A stretch of 64,000 nucleotides of DNA. It comes from Candidatus Multivorans sp. GTDB taxonomy: Bacteria > Acidobacteriota > Thermoanaerobaculia > Multivoradales > Multivoraceae. Under the pieces are notes generated by a model. That model worked only from the letters and a program-made list of their open reading frames with translations. It searched no databases and was not told the origin of the DNA. Below are positions 37,609 to 45,862 of the stretch, one piece after another. Where the stretch lies: contig OZ251997.1 in NCBI GenBank assembly GCA_965247095.1, positions 2,848,001 to 2,912,000 on the forward strand, read 5' to 3'. Numbering within the stretch: the first letter of the stretch is position 1; each line of letters begins with the position of its first letter. The position numbers and the translations under genes are program-made.

Positions 37609-39075
37609 TCAGGCCAGGATCTCGCGCACCACCCGCGCCTTCTCGACGCCGGTCAGCCGGGCGTCCAGGCCGCGGTGCCTGTAGGTGAAGCGCTCGTGGT
37701 CGATGCCGAACAGGTGGAGGATGGTGGCCTGGAAGTCGCGGATATGGACCGGATCCTTGACGATGTTGTACGAGAAGTCGTCGGTCTCGCCGTGGACGAC
37801 GCCGCCCTTGACGCCGCCGCCGGCCATCCACAGGCTGTAGCAGCGCGGATGGTGGTCGCGGCCGTAGGTCTCGGCGGTCAGCCGCCCCTGGGAGTAGATC
37901 GTGCGGCCGAACTCGCCGCCCCAGATGACCAGGGTCTCATCGAAGAGGCCGCGTTCCTTGAGGTCCTGGACGAGAGCCCAGGCCGCCCGGTCGACGTCGC
38001 GCGCCTGGGCCGGCAGCACCAGTGGCAGAGCGGAATGGACGTCCCATCCCCGGTGGTAGATCTGCACGAAGCGCACGCCGCGCTCGACCAGCCGCCTGGC
38101 CATCAGGGCCGCGTTCTGGAACTTGCCGGGCTGCTTCGCCTCCTCGCCCCAGCGTTCGAAGGTGCTGTCGGGTTCGCTCGAGAGGTCGGCCATCTCCGGC
38201 ACCGAGGACTGCATGCGGAACGCCATCTCGTACTGCTCGATACGCGCGAGGGTCTCGGGATCGCCGACCTGGGCGTGCCGGAGGCGGTTCAGTTCGCTCA
38301 TGCCGTCGAGCACGCGGCGCCTCACGGCGGGTGAGACGCCCTCGGGATCCTTGAGATAGAGCACCGGCTCGTCGCCGGTCTGGAGCCCGACGCCGGCGTA
38401 TTCGGGTGAGAGGAACCCGGCGCTCCAGAGCTTGGCCGAGATCGCCTGCAGGCCGGCCGCGGGATGGCTGCGTTCCGCGTTCATGACCACGAAGGTGGGC
38501 AGGTTCTCGTTCATGCTGCCAAGGCCGTACGCGAACCAGGAACCGATGCACGGACGCCCCGGGATCTGCTGGCCGGTCTGGATGAAGGTGATGCCCGGCT
38601 CGTGGTTGATCGCGTCGGTGTGCATCGAGCGGATGATCGCGATGTCGTCCGCCATGCTGGCGGTGTGGGGCAGGAGCTCGGAGAACCAGGCGCCGCTCTC
38701 GCCGTGCTGGGAGAAATCGAAGACCGATGGCGCGATCGGGAAGCGCGACTGCCCGGAGGTCATCGTCGTCAGGCGCTGCCCCTGCCGGATCGAGTCGGGG
38801 AGATCCTGGTCGAAGTACTCCTTCATCTTCGGCTTGTAGTCGAGCAGGTCCATCTGCGGCGGCGCGCCCATCATGTGCAGGTAGATGCAGTGCTTCGCCT
38901 TCGGCGCGAAGTGCGGCAGATCGGGCAGGCCGCCGACCTGGTCACGGGCGGCGGTCAGCGCGAAAGCGTCCTCTGCGAACAGGTTGGCCAGCGCCAGGCC
39001 GCCGATCCCGCGCGCGGCGGTGCCGAAGAACTGGCGCCTCGTCTCTGCTCGAACGGTTTCCTTGAGTGGGTCCAT
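37609..39075 (-). CDS. DUF1501 protein (Tat-exported, sulfatase-like fold)
   Basis: TRRQFF; PHFAPKAK..IYLHM.GAP.Q.DL.DYKP; ARRLVERGVRFVQ; GWDVH; WGGEFGRT; GRDHHP. Confidence 0.93.
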   Translation of the reverse strand: MDPLKETVRAETRRQFFGTAARGIGGLALANLFAEDAFALTAARDQVGGLPDLPHFAPKAKHCIYLHMMGAPPQMDLLDYKPKMKEYFDQDLPDSIRQGQRLTTMTSGQSRFPIAPSVFDFSQHGESGAWFSELLPHTASMADDIAIIRSMHTDAINHEPGITFIQTGQQIPGRPCIGSWFAYGLGSMNENLPTFVVMNAERSHPAAGLQAISAKLWSAGFLSPEYAGVGLQTGDEPVLYLKDPEGVSPAVRRRVLDGMSELNRLRHAQVGDPETLARIEQYEMAFRMQSSVPEMADLSSEPDSTFERWGEEAKQPGKFQNAALMARRLVERGVRFVQIYHRGWDVHSALPLVLPAQARDVDRAAWALVQDLKERGLFDETLVIWGGEFGRTIYSQGRLTAETYGRDHHPRCYSLWMAGGGVKGGVVHGETDDFSYNIVKDPVHIRDFQATILHLFGIDHERFTYRHRGLDARLTGVEKARVVREILA

Positions 39076-39094
39076 CTTCGGCGCCTCCAGCGGC

Positions 39095-42000
39095 TCACTT
39101 GTTAAGAGCTTCGTCCAGGTTCATCAACTGGCTTGCCAGCATCGTCCACGCCGCCGACTCCGAGGCTGGCAGGGCGGCATCGTGGGCCGACTCGCCTGTA
39201 GCGACCAGCTTCTTCGCACCGGCCTCGTCGGCGCGGTAGAGGTCGATCAGGGCGTCGTACGTCTGTCGCGCGACCGCCCGCTCGGCGTCGTCGAAGGGCC
39301 GGGACAGGAGTCGGGTCGTGACGTAGTCGAGCCGGCGGTCGAAGTCGTCGCCGGCTTCCCGCATCGCCCGCTGGGCGAGGAAGCGCGACGCCTCGACGAA
39401 CTGCGTGTCGTTCATCACCACAAGCGCCTGCAGTGGCGTGTTCGTGCGCTCGCGGCGAACCACGGAGTGCTCGCGGTTGCCGGCGTCGAAGATCGTCATC
39501 GAGGGCGGCGGCGCGGCGCGCTTCCAGAAGGTGTAGAGGCTGCGCCGGTAGAGCTTGTCCCCTGAATCTCTTCGGTAACGGGCCGTGTTGCTCGAGTTCA
39601 TCGCCACCCGTTCCCAGTGGCCTTTCGGCTGGTACGGCTTGACGCTCGGTCCGCCGATCGTGCGCACCAGGAGGCCGCTGGCGGCGAGCGCCGTGTCGCG
39701 CACCATCTCGGCGTCCATCCGGAAACGGGGGCCGCGCGAAAGCAGGCGGTTCTGGGGATCGCGATCCAGCGTGTCCGGTGTGAGAGCGGCCGCCTGCCGG
39801 TAGGTCGAAGACGTCACCAAACGGCGGAAGAGAGCCTTCGTGTCCCAACCCGAGTCACGGAACTCGCTCGCCAGGTGGTCGAGCAACTCGGGGTGCGACG
39901 GCACCTCGCCCTGGGCGCCGAAGTCCTCGCTGGTGGCAACGAGACCGGTGCCGAAGATCTGCTGCCAGAAACGGTTGACCGTGACCCGCGCCAGCAGCGG
40001 ATTGGTGTCTTCGATGAGCCAACCTGCGAGCCCCAAACGGTTTCGGGGCAGGGAGTCTGGCATCGGCGGCAGGGCGGCGGGCGTGCCCGCGAGAACGCGC
40101 TCGCGCGGCTGGTCGTACATGCCGCGATACAGGACGCGCGCGGCCGCCTCGCTTCCGGGAAGCTCCTGCATGACGTGGGTGATCGAGCCGTGGCGCCGCA
40201 GATCCCGCCACTCGCGGTCGATCTCCAGCCGGCGGGCGACGAGGCGGCGATACTCCTCGTCGTTCGTGTTGGCGTAGGAGAGCAGCAGGGCCTGGCGCTC
40301 CCCGGCGGTGAGCTGTTCCGGCGACTTCGAGGCGGCGGACTGGAGCGGGCCCCACTCCGAGACGACTTTGGCTTCCTGCACGGACAGCGCCCGGTTGAAG
40401 ACGCGCACGTCGGCGATGCCGCCGCCGGCGAAGTACTGGGCCTTGCCGTCGCCCCTCAGGTCGTGGCGGCCGAGGTAGAACGGCCGGTCGGTGAGGATGC
40501 TGCCTTGGACCTTGGTGAAGAACTCGCTGCCCTGTTCGGCAACTCGGTCGCCGTCGCGGTAGATGTGCAGGCCGCCGCGCTCTCCGGAACCGTCGTGGGT
40601 GAAGACGATGTGGGCCCACTCGCCCGGGGTGAGCCGCTGCGTGTTGTTGGGATTGATCGAGACACTGGTCGCGCCCCTGCCCGGTCCGGCGCGGTCGCCG
40701 TTGAGTCGGAAGTACAGCTCGCGTGATCCGAGCGTGACTTGCCAGCCGCGATTGGCGTCGTGTGGGTCGTTCTGGCTGGCCACGGTGTAGCTGCCCTCGG
40801 CCTCCGGCATGTAGATCCAGAGCGCCAGGGAGAACGGCGTGTCGGTGTCGAGTTCGAGCGGTGGGAGTTCGGCCGAGGACTCGTCCTCGAAGCGCAGCGC
40901 CGGCAGACCGTTCGGTCCGGGTTCGATCCGGACTGCCTCGTGCAGGTTGATCGGCTGGCGTTCTCCATTGGTGACTACCGCCGGCGCCTCCCCCTCGAGA
41001 TCGAGCCTCAGGAGCTCGGAAGCAACTCCGAGAGGCGCTTCGATCTCGCGATGGCCGTCGCTCGCAAGCCACTCGGCGAACGTCGGTTCGACCGCGTCGA
41101 GGCGCTCCGTCATCGCGTCCTCGAGCTCGTCGACCTCTGCGCGCAACCGGTACCAGGTGTCGCGGTCCTCGTCTCGCGGCACCACCAGGGTCGGCGGCGG
41201 ATCGGAGATGTTGCCGTCCATCACGTACTGCGTCGTGTTGCGGAAGAACGCGGTCAGCGCGTAGAACTCGCGTTGGGTGATGGGGTCGAACTTGTGGTCG
41301 TGACAGGTCGCGCAGCCGACGGTCAACCCCATGAACACGCTGCCGATCGTCTCGGCGCGGTCCTTGGCGTAGATCGCCTCGTATTCCTCGACCAGCACGC
41401 CGCCTTCGTTGGTCGTGATGTTGTTGCGCTGGAGGCCGGTGGCGATCAACTGGTCGAGGGTCGGGTCTTCCAGCAGGTCGCCGGCGATCTGGTCGACCGT
41501 GAACTCGTCGAACGGCTGGTTCCGGTTGAACGCCTTGATGAGCCAGTCCCGGTAGGCGTACATCTCCCGGTAGTTGTCGTTGTGGATGCCGTGGGTGTCC
41601 CCGTAGCGGGCGGCGTCGAGCCAGTAGCGGGCGCGGTGCTCGCCCCAGTGGGCCGAGGAGAGGAGCCGGTCCACGAGCCGCTCGTAGGCGCCGGCCTCCG
41701 TGTCGTCGAGGAAGGTCGCCAGCGTGCCCGGATCGGGCGGCAGGCCGGTCAGGTCAAGAGCCGCGCGCCGGGCGAGCGAGCGCCGGTCGGCTTCACCTGC
41801 GGGGGTGAGCCCCGCGTCCTCGAGCCGCGCCAGAACGAAGCGATCGAGCGGATCGCGAATCCAGGCCTCGTCTACGACGGCGGGCGGCGCCGGCTGGTCG
41901 ATGGGTTTGAACGACCAGTGCTGGTCCCAATCCGCCCCCTGCTCGATCCAGCGCTTGAGGAGATCGATCTGCTCATCGGAGAGCGTCTTCTGTGACACCT

Positions 42001-42388
42001 CCGGCGGCATCCGCCGGAGCGTGTCGGCGTGGGTGATGCGCTCGACCAGCAAGCTGGCGTCGACATCACCGGGAACCACCGCGGGATCGCGCGGCCTGGT
42101 GCTGCGTCCGGCTGGGGGTCGCTGACCGAACGCGCCCTGGCGGGTGTCCAGCCTCAGGTCAGCCTCGCGCGTCGCCTCGTCGGGACCGTGGCAGGCGAAG
42201 CAGTTGTCGGACAGAATCGGCCTGATGTCGCGCTGGAAGTCGACGGCGGGAGCGGGCTCGGCGGCCGCGACGGCCTGGGCTGACGGCGGAGCGGAAACCG
42301 CCAGGAGCGCACTCGCCAGAGCGATGACGTGCAGACGAGCGGACGGTGGCGAAACCACTCGTACTCCGAGTGACGCGAACAGGTTCAT
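39095..42388 (-). CDS. PSD1/DUF1549-DUF1553 planctomycete cytochrome c domain protein with LamG-like insert
   Basis: FQRDIRPILSDNCFACHGPD; GCATCHDHKFDP; ARVTVNRFWQQ.FG.GLV; PSHPELLD; TNTPLQAL. Confidence 0.93.
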   Translation of the reverse strand: MNLFASLGVRVVSPPSARLHVIALASALLAVSAPPSAQAVAAAEPAPAVDFQRDIRPILSDNCFACHGPDEATREADLRLDTRQGAFGQRPPAGRSTRPRDPAVVPGDVDASLLVERITHADTLRRMPPEVSQKTLSDEQIDLLKRWIEQGADWDQHWSFKPIDQPAPPAVVDEAWIRDPLDRFVLARLEDAGLTPAGEADRRSLARRAALDLTGLPPDPGTLATFLDDTEAGAYERLVDRLLSSAHWGEHRARYWLDAARYGDTHGIHNDNYREMYAYRDWLIKAFNRNQPFDEFTVDQIAGDLLEDPTLDQLIATGLQRNNITTNEGGVLVEEYEAIYAKDRAETIGSVFMGLTVGCATCHDHKFDPITQREFYALTAFFRNTTQYVMDGNISDPPPTLVVPRDEDRDTWYRLRAEVDELEDAMTERLDAVEPTFAEWLASDGHREIEAPLGVASELLRLDLEGEAPAVVTNGERQPINLHEAVRIEPGPNGLPALRFEDESSAELPPLELDTDTPFSLALWIYMPEAEGSYTVASQNDPHDANRGWQVTLGSRELYFRLNGDRAGPGRGATSVSINPNNTQRLTPGEWAHIVFTHDGSGERGGLHIYRDGDRVAEQGSEFFTKVQGSILTDRPFYLGRHDLRGDGKAQYFAGGGIADVRVFNRALSVQEAKVVSEWGPLQSAASKSPEQLTAGERQALLLSYANTNDEEYRRLVARRLEIDREWRDLRRHGSITHVMQELPGSEAAARVLYRGMYDQPRERVLAGTPAALPPMPDSLPRNRLGLAGWLIEDTNPLLARVTVNRFWQQIFGTGLVATSEDFGAQGEVPSHPELLDHLASEFRDSGWDTKALFRRLVTSSTYRQAAALTPDTLDRDPQNRLLSRGPRFRMDAEMVRDTALAASGLLVRTIGGPSVKPYQPKGHWERVAMNSSNTARYRRDSGDKLYRRSLYTFWKRAAPPPSMTIFDAGNREHSVVRRERTNTPLQALVVMNDTQFVEASRFLAQRAMREAGDDFDRRLDYVTTRLLSRPFDDAERAVARQTYDALIDLYRADEAGAKKLVATGESAHDAALPASESAAWTMLASQLMNLDEALNK

Positions 42389-42471
42389 GGAGAAGGTAGA
42401 GATTATCCGACCGCTGCTGCGCCGTTCTTGCCCCGACAGGTGAGAATGGACGGCGCAGGAGGAGCCGAGCC

Positions 42472-43008
42472 GTGATCGAAGAAGTCCTGTCCTTCTGGTT
42501 TGAACAGAACGGCCCCGAGCAGTGGTGGACCAGGGATCCGCAATTCGACGCCGTGATCCGCTCCCGGTTCGGGGCGCTGCATGCGCGGGCGGTTCTGGGA
42601 GAGCTCGACGGCTGGCGCGACGCGCCCGAGGGTCGCCTCGCTGAGATCATCGTGCTCGACCAATTCTCGCGCAACCTCTACCGTGACGATTCTCGCGCCT
42701 TCGCGGCCGACGGGATGGCGCTGGGGCTGGCGCAGGAGGCGGTGCGAACCGGCGCCGATCAAGCCGTGCCGCCGGTGAAGCGACAGTTCTTCTACATGCC
42801 CTACCAGCACAGCGAGTCGCCGCGAATCCACGAGGTCGCGGCAGCGCTGTTCGAGGGCCTGGCGGACCCGGAGAGCCTGGACTTCGAGCGGCGGCACAAG
42901 GCGATCATCGATCGTTTTGGGCGCTATCCGCATCGCAACCGCGTCCTCGGCCGCGCCTCGACCGCGGAGGAGATCGCCTTCCTCCAGGAGCCCGGGTCGT
43001 CGTTCTGA
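42472..43008 (+). CDS. DUF924 family protein
   Basis: VLSFWF; LAEIIVLDQFSRN; FFYMPYQHSE; IIDRFGRYPHRN. Confidence 0.93.
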   Translation: MIEEVLSFWFEQNGPEQWWTRDPQFDAVIRSRFGALHARAVLGELDGWRDAPEGRLAEIIVLDQFSRNLYRDDSRAFAADGMALGLAQEAVRTGADQAVPPVKRQFFYMPYQHSESPRIHEVAAALFEGLADPESLDFERRHKAIIDRFGRYPHRNRVLGRASTAEEIAFLQEPGSSF

Positions 43009-43009
43009 G

Positions 43010-43513
43010 ATGAGGAAGCATCTGCCATCGGCCGTTGTTCCCGTGATCGCGGTGATCGCCTTGGCGTGCGCGACCACGGCGTCCACCACGCCGGGCTCAG
43101 CGCCGCCCGCCGCGCCCACCGATCAGCCACCGGCCGCGGAGCCGGCGCCGTCCGCCCCCCCGACCTCCGTTCTCGACGGCATCTACACCGAGGCGCAGGC
43201 CGATCGCGGCCGCGCCGCCTACGGCAAGAACTGCGCCGAGTGCCACGGGGAGGGCCTCGGCGGCGGCGAGATGGCGCCGGGCCTGACCGGCGTCGCGTTT
43301 TCCTTCCGCTGGCGCGGGCTCAAGGTGGGGGACGTCTACACCAGCATCCGGTCGACCATGCCGCCGGAAGAGCCGGGGAGGCTCAGCGCCCAGGAGTACA
43401 TCGACATCGTCGCCTTCCTGCTCGGCGCGAACAAGTACCCGGTGGGCGATCGGGAGTTGGCGGCGGAATCGGCGATTCTCGAGGGTATTGCGGTCGAGCG
43501 GATGCCTCCGTAG
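43010..43513 (+). CDS. c-type cytochrome lipoprotein
   Basis: Lipobox ALAC; GIYTEAQADRG; CAECHG; axial Met in TMPP. Confidence 0.9.
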   Translation: MRKHLPSAVVPVIAVIALACATTASTTPGSAPPAAPTDQPPAAEPAPSAPPTSVLDGIYTEAQADRGRAAYGKNCAECHGEGLGGGEMAPGLTGVAFSFRWRGLKVGDVYTSIRSTMPPEEPGRLSAQEYIDIVAFLLGANKYPVGDRELAAESAILEGIAVERMPP

Positions 43514-43563
43514 GCTAAGCGGCCCTTCATCGACGCGCGGTTCTCGTTCCGCTAGCTACTACC

Positions 43564-43588
43564 GGGGACGCCGGCGTCCCCGCCGGCC
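43564..43588 (+). repeat. Divergent REP variant
   Basis: GGGAC-GCCGGC-GTCCCC-GCCGGC: same layout as the REP, with a covaried stem. Confidence 0.55.
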
Positions 43589-43615
43589 TTCGTGGGTGTC
43601 GCCAGACGGAAACGG

Positions 43616-43645
43616 TTTGACTTCATCTGAAGTCAAAGACATCAT
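43616..43645 (+). promoter_or_regulatory. sigma70-like promoter overlapped by a perfect palindromic operator
   Basis: TTTGACTTCA-TC-TGAAGTCAAA (43616-43637); TTGACT-17 nt-CATCAT. Confidence 0.8.
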
Positions 43646-43660
43646 GTGGAGCCAGAGAGC

Positions 43661-43894
43661 ATGACGATGGTTCAAGTGACCGCAAGACTCCCCGACGACC
43701 TCGTTGCGAAAGCCGATCGTGCAGCTAGCCAGTTGAATCGATCGAGAGCGCAGTTGGTCAGACAGGCGCTGGAGTACTACCTCGATGACTTCGAGGATCT
43801 GCGTCTGGCGCTGGACCGACTCAACGATCCTGCCGACCCGGTCCTCGACTGGGAAGACGTCAAGGGTGAGCTACTCGATCAAGATCAAGAGTAG
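43661..43894 (+). CDS. CopG/RHH antitoxin (RelB-like)
   Basis: VTARLPDDL...RSRAQLVRQALEYYLDDFEDLRLA..RL...LDWEDVK. Confidence 0.88.
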   Translation: MTMVQVTARLPDDLVAKADRAASQLNRSRAQLVRQALEYYLDDFEDLRLALDRLNDPADPVLDWEDVKGELLDQDQE

Positions 43895-44120
43895 CGCTGT
43901 CAAGGCTCTGAAGAGAATCGACGCCCGGGAGCGAACGCGGCTCGTTGCGGCGATCGACCGACTCGCTGAGGAACCTTCCGCGGGCGCTGCGCTCAAGGGG
44001 GAATTCGGGGGCCTGCGCCGACTTCGGGTGGGGCGGTACCGCATCATCTACGAAGCGTTCCACGAAGAGTTGACGATTCTGGTCGTCCGCATCGGGCATC
44101 GCCGGGAGGTGTATCGATGA
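43866..44120 (+). CDS. relE: RelE/ParE-family toxin
   Basis: YSIKIKSSAVKAL; LKGE...RRLRVGRYRIIY; VRIGHRREVYR. Confidence 0.92.
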   Translation: MSYSIKIKSSAVKALKRIDARERTRLVAAIDRLAEEPSAGAALKGEFGGLRRLRVGRYRIIYEAFHEELTILVVRIGHRREVYR

Positions 44121-44129
44121 GATGGCGGG

Positions 44130-44292
44130 CTAGGAGCTTGCGCGGCAGAACGATCTGACCTGGGAACCCGTGTGGCGCGACCCGCGCCACACGCGAACCA
44201 CTCCGTGCGCCCGTCATCGGGCGCACGGATGGCACGCGGGCATCCTGCCCGCATCCGGCGCGAAGCGCCGGCCTCCGGGAGTTCTGCCGCGC
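44130..44292 (+). repeat. Full-length composite REP/MITE-like element with 12-bp terminal inverted repeat
   Basis: GCGCGGCAGAAC (44140-44151) and GTTCTGCCGCGC (44281-44292) enclose three hairpins and the GAA mini-hairpin; near-identical to 63266-63430. Confidence 0.9.
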
Positions 44293-45676
44293 TACGGCCC
44301 GGGGTACTCCAGCGCGAACACGAACAGGTTGTTCGCGAAGCCCGGCTTCAGCTCCGGCGTCAGACGCAGGAAGCTCGACGTGGTCGCCGAGATGCCGGTG
44401 CTGACGGCGACGTACTGCGTGCCGCCTGTGGCGTAGGTGATCGGGTAGCCGGTCACCGGTGAGCCGAGGTTCACTTCCCACAGCACCTCGCCGGTCTCCT
44501 GGCTGTAGGCCTTGAAGCGGCCGTTCGTGTCGCCGCCGAAGAGCAGTCCCCCGCCGGTGGCGACCAGCGAGGTCGTCGACGCGCGCTGTTCGTGGAGCCA
44601 CACCGTCTTGCCGGTCTCGGCCGAGATCGCGTAGACGGCGCCGAGGTTGTCGGTGCCCGGCGCCAGCTCGTGGCGCACGCTCAGGGCGTAGATGGTGTGG
44701 GACGCGCTCGGGTCAGTCGTCGTCAACGTCGGCATGCACATGTTCCGCAGCGGGTAGTACAGCGTGTTCGTCTCCGGGCTGTAGGCGCCGGCCTCCCAGT
44801 CCTTGCCGCCGTGCATGTTGGGGCAGATCAGGCGCTCCTCTTCCAGAGCGTGGAAGACGACTTCCGGGTTCTCGGTCGCCCTGCCGGTCTCGCCGTCGAT
44901 GCTCTGGATCACGTTCTGGTACACGGTCGGCCGCGCCCAGAGGAACTCGCCCGTCTCGCGGTCGATGGAGTAGACCAGGGCGGTCTTGCCGGGAATGCCG
45001 GTGATCACCTTGCGGACCTCGCCCGGTACGAGGTTCGGATTGATCCACGGAACCTCGTCGGGGTCGGGCGTCACCGCGGTGTCGACGACCAGGCGTTCGA
45101 AGGGATGGTCGAGATCCCAGTGGTCGTTCATGTGCTGGTAATGCCAGACGATCTCGCCGGTGTCGCCGTCCAGAGCGAGGGTTGAGTTGTGGTAGAGGTG
45201 CGTCTTGTCGACACCGCCGAGCATGAATTTCGGCGCCGGCGCGGCGACAAAGACCAGGTTCAGCTCCGGGAGCCGCCAACGTACTCCGATGCATCGTCGG
45301 GAATCTTGCGCCGGTGCTCCCAGATCAGGTCGCCGGTCACCGCGTCGAGCGCCTGAATCACGTCGTTCGGGTTCGGCATGTACATCACGCCGCGGTAGGC
45401 GAGCGGCGTCCCGGTCTGGCTGCCGTCGTTGAGCGAGCGCGTCCAGACCATGCGCAGGCCGCCGACGTTCGAAGGCGTGATCTGGTCGAGCGGGCTGTAG
45501 CCCCAGCCGTTCGCTGTGCGGCGCCACATGAGCCAATCCCCGGGCGCGGGGTTCTCGAGAATCTTGTCCGTGACCGGGACGAAGTCGTCGTCGGACTGGG
45601 CGTGGGCGGCGGTGAGGCTCAGGAACCGGGCCGCGACCGCCGCGGCGACGAGTGCGTGTCGGTACAGGTTCGGCAT
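44292..45676 (-). pseudogene. PQQ-dependent dehydrogenase, frameshifted with large internal deletion near 45270
   Basis: N-terminus (DWLMWRRT..GWGYSPLDQI...ALDAVTGDLIWEH) and C-terminus (PELNL...WHYQH..DHWDLD...GGKDW...PITY..GGTQYVAV) are in different frames; middle propeller blades appear absent. Confidence 0.8.
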
Positions 45677-45730
45677 CGGGAACCCCTTTCTGTGTGGCTG
45701 GAGCCGTAGAGTATGGCCGAGTACGTCTTG

Positions 45731-45828
45731 CCGTCGCTTCGCGCCGGATGCGGGCAAGGATGCCCGCGTTCCCAGGCCGGAACCCAGCCGGCGAAGCGTT
45801 CACCTGGGAACGCGGGCATCCGGGCCAG
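45731..45828. repeat. Divergent pair of REP units
   Basis: Minus-strand REP plus mini-hairpin at 45731-45776; degenerate plus-strand copy at 45803-45828. Confidence 0.8.
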
Positions 45829-45862
45829 CAGCCCATCGCGATAGCAGACTAAGCTAGCCGGT

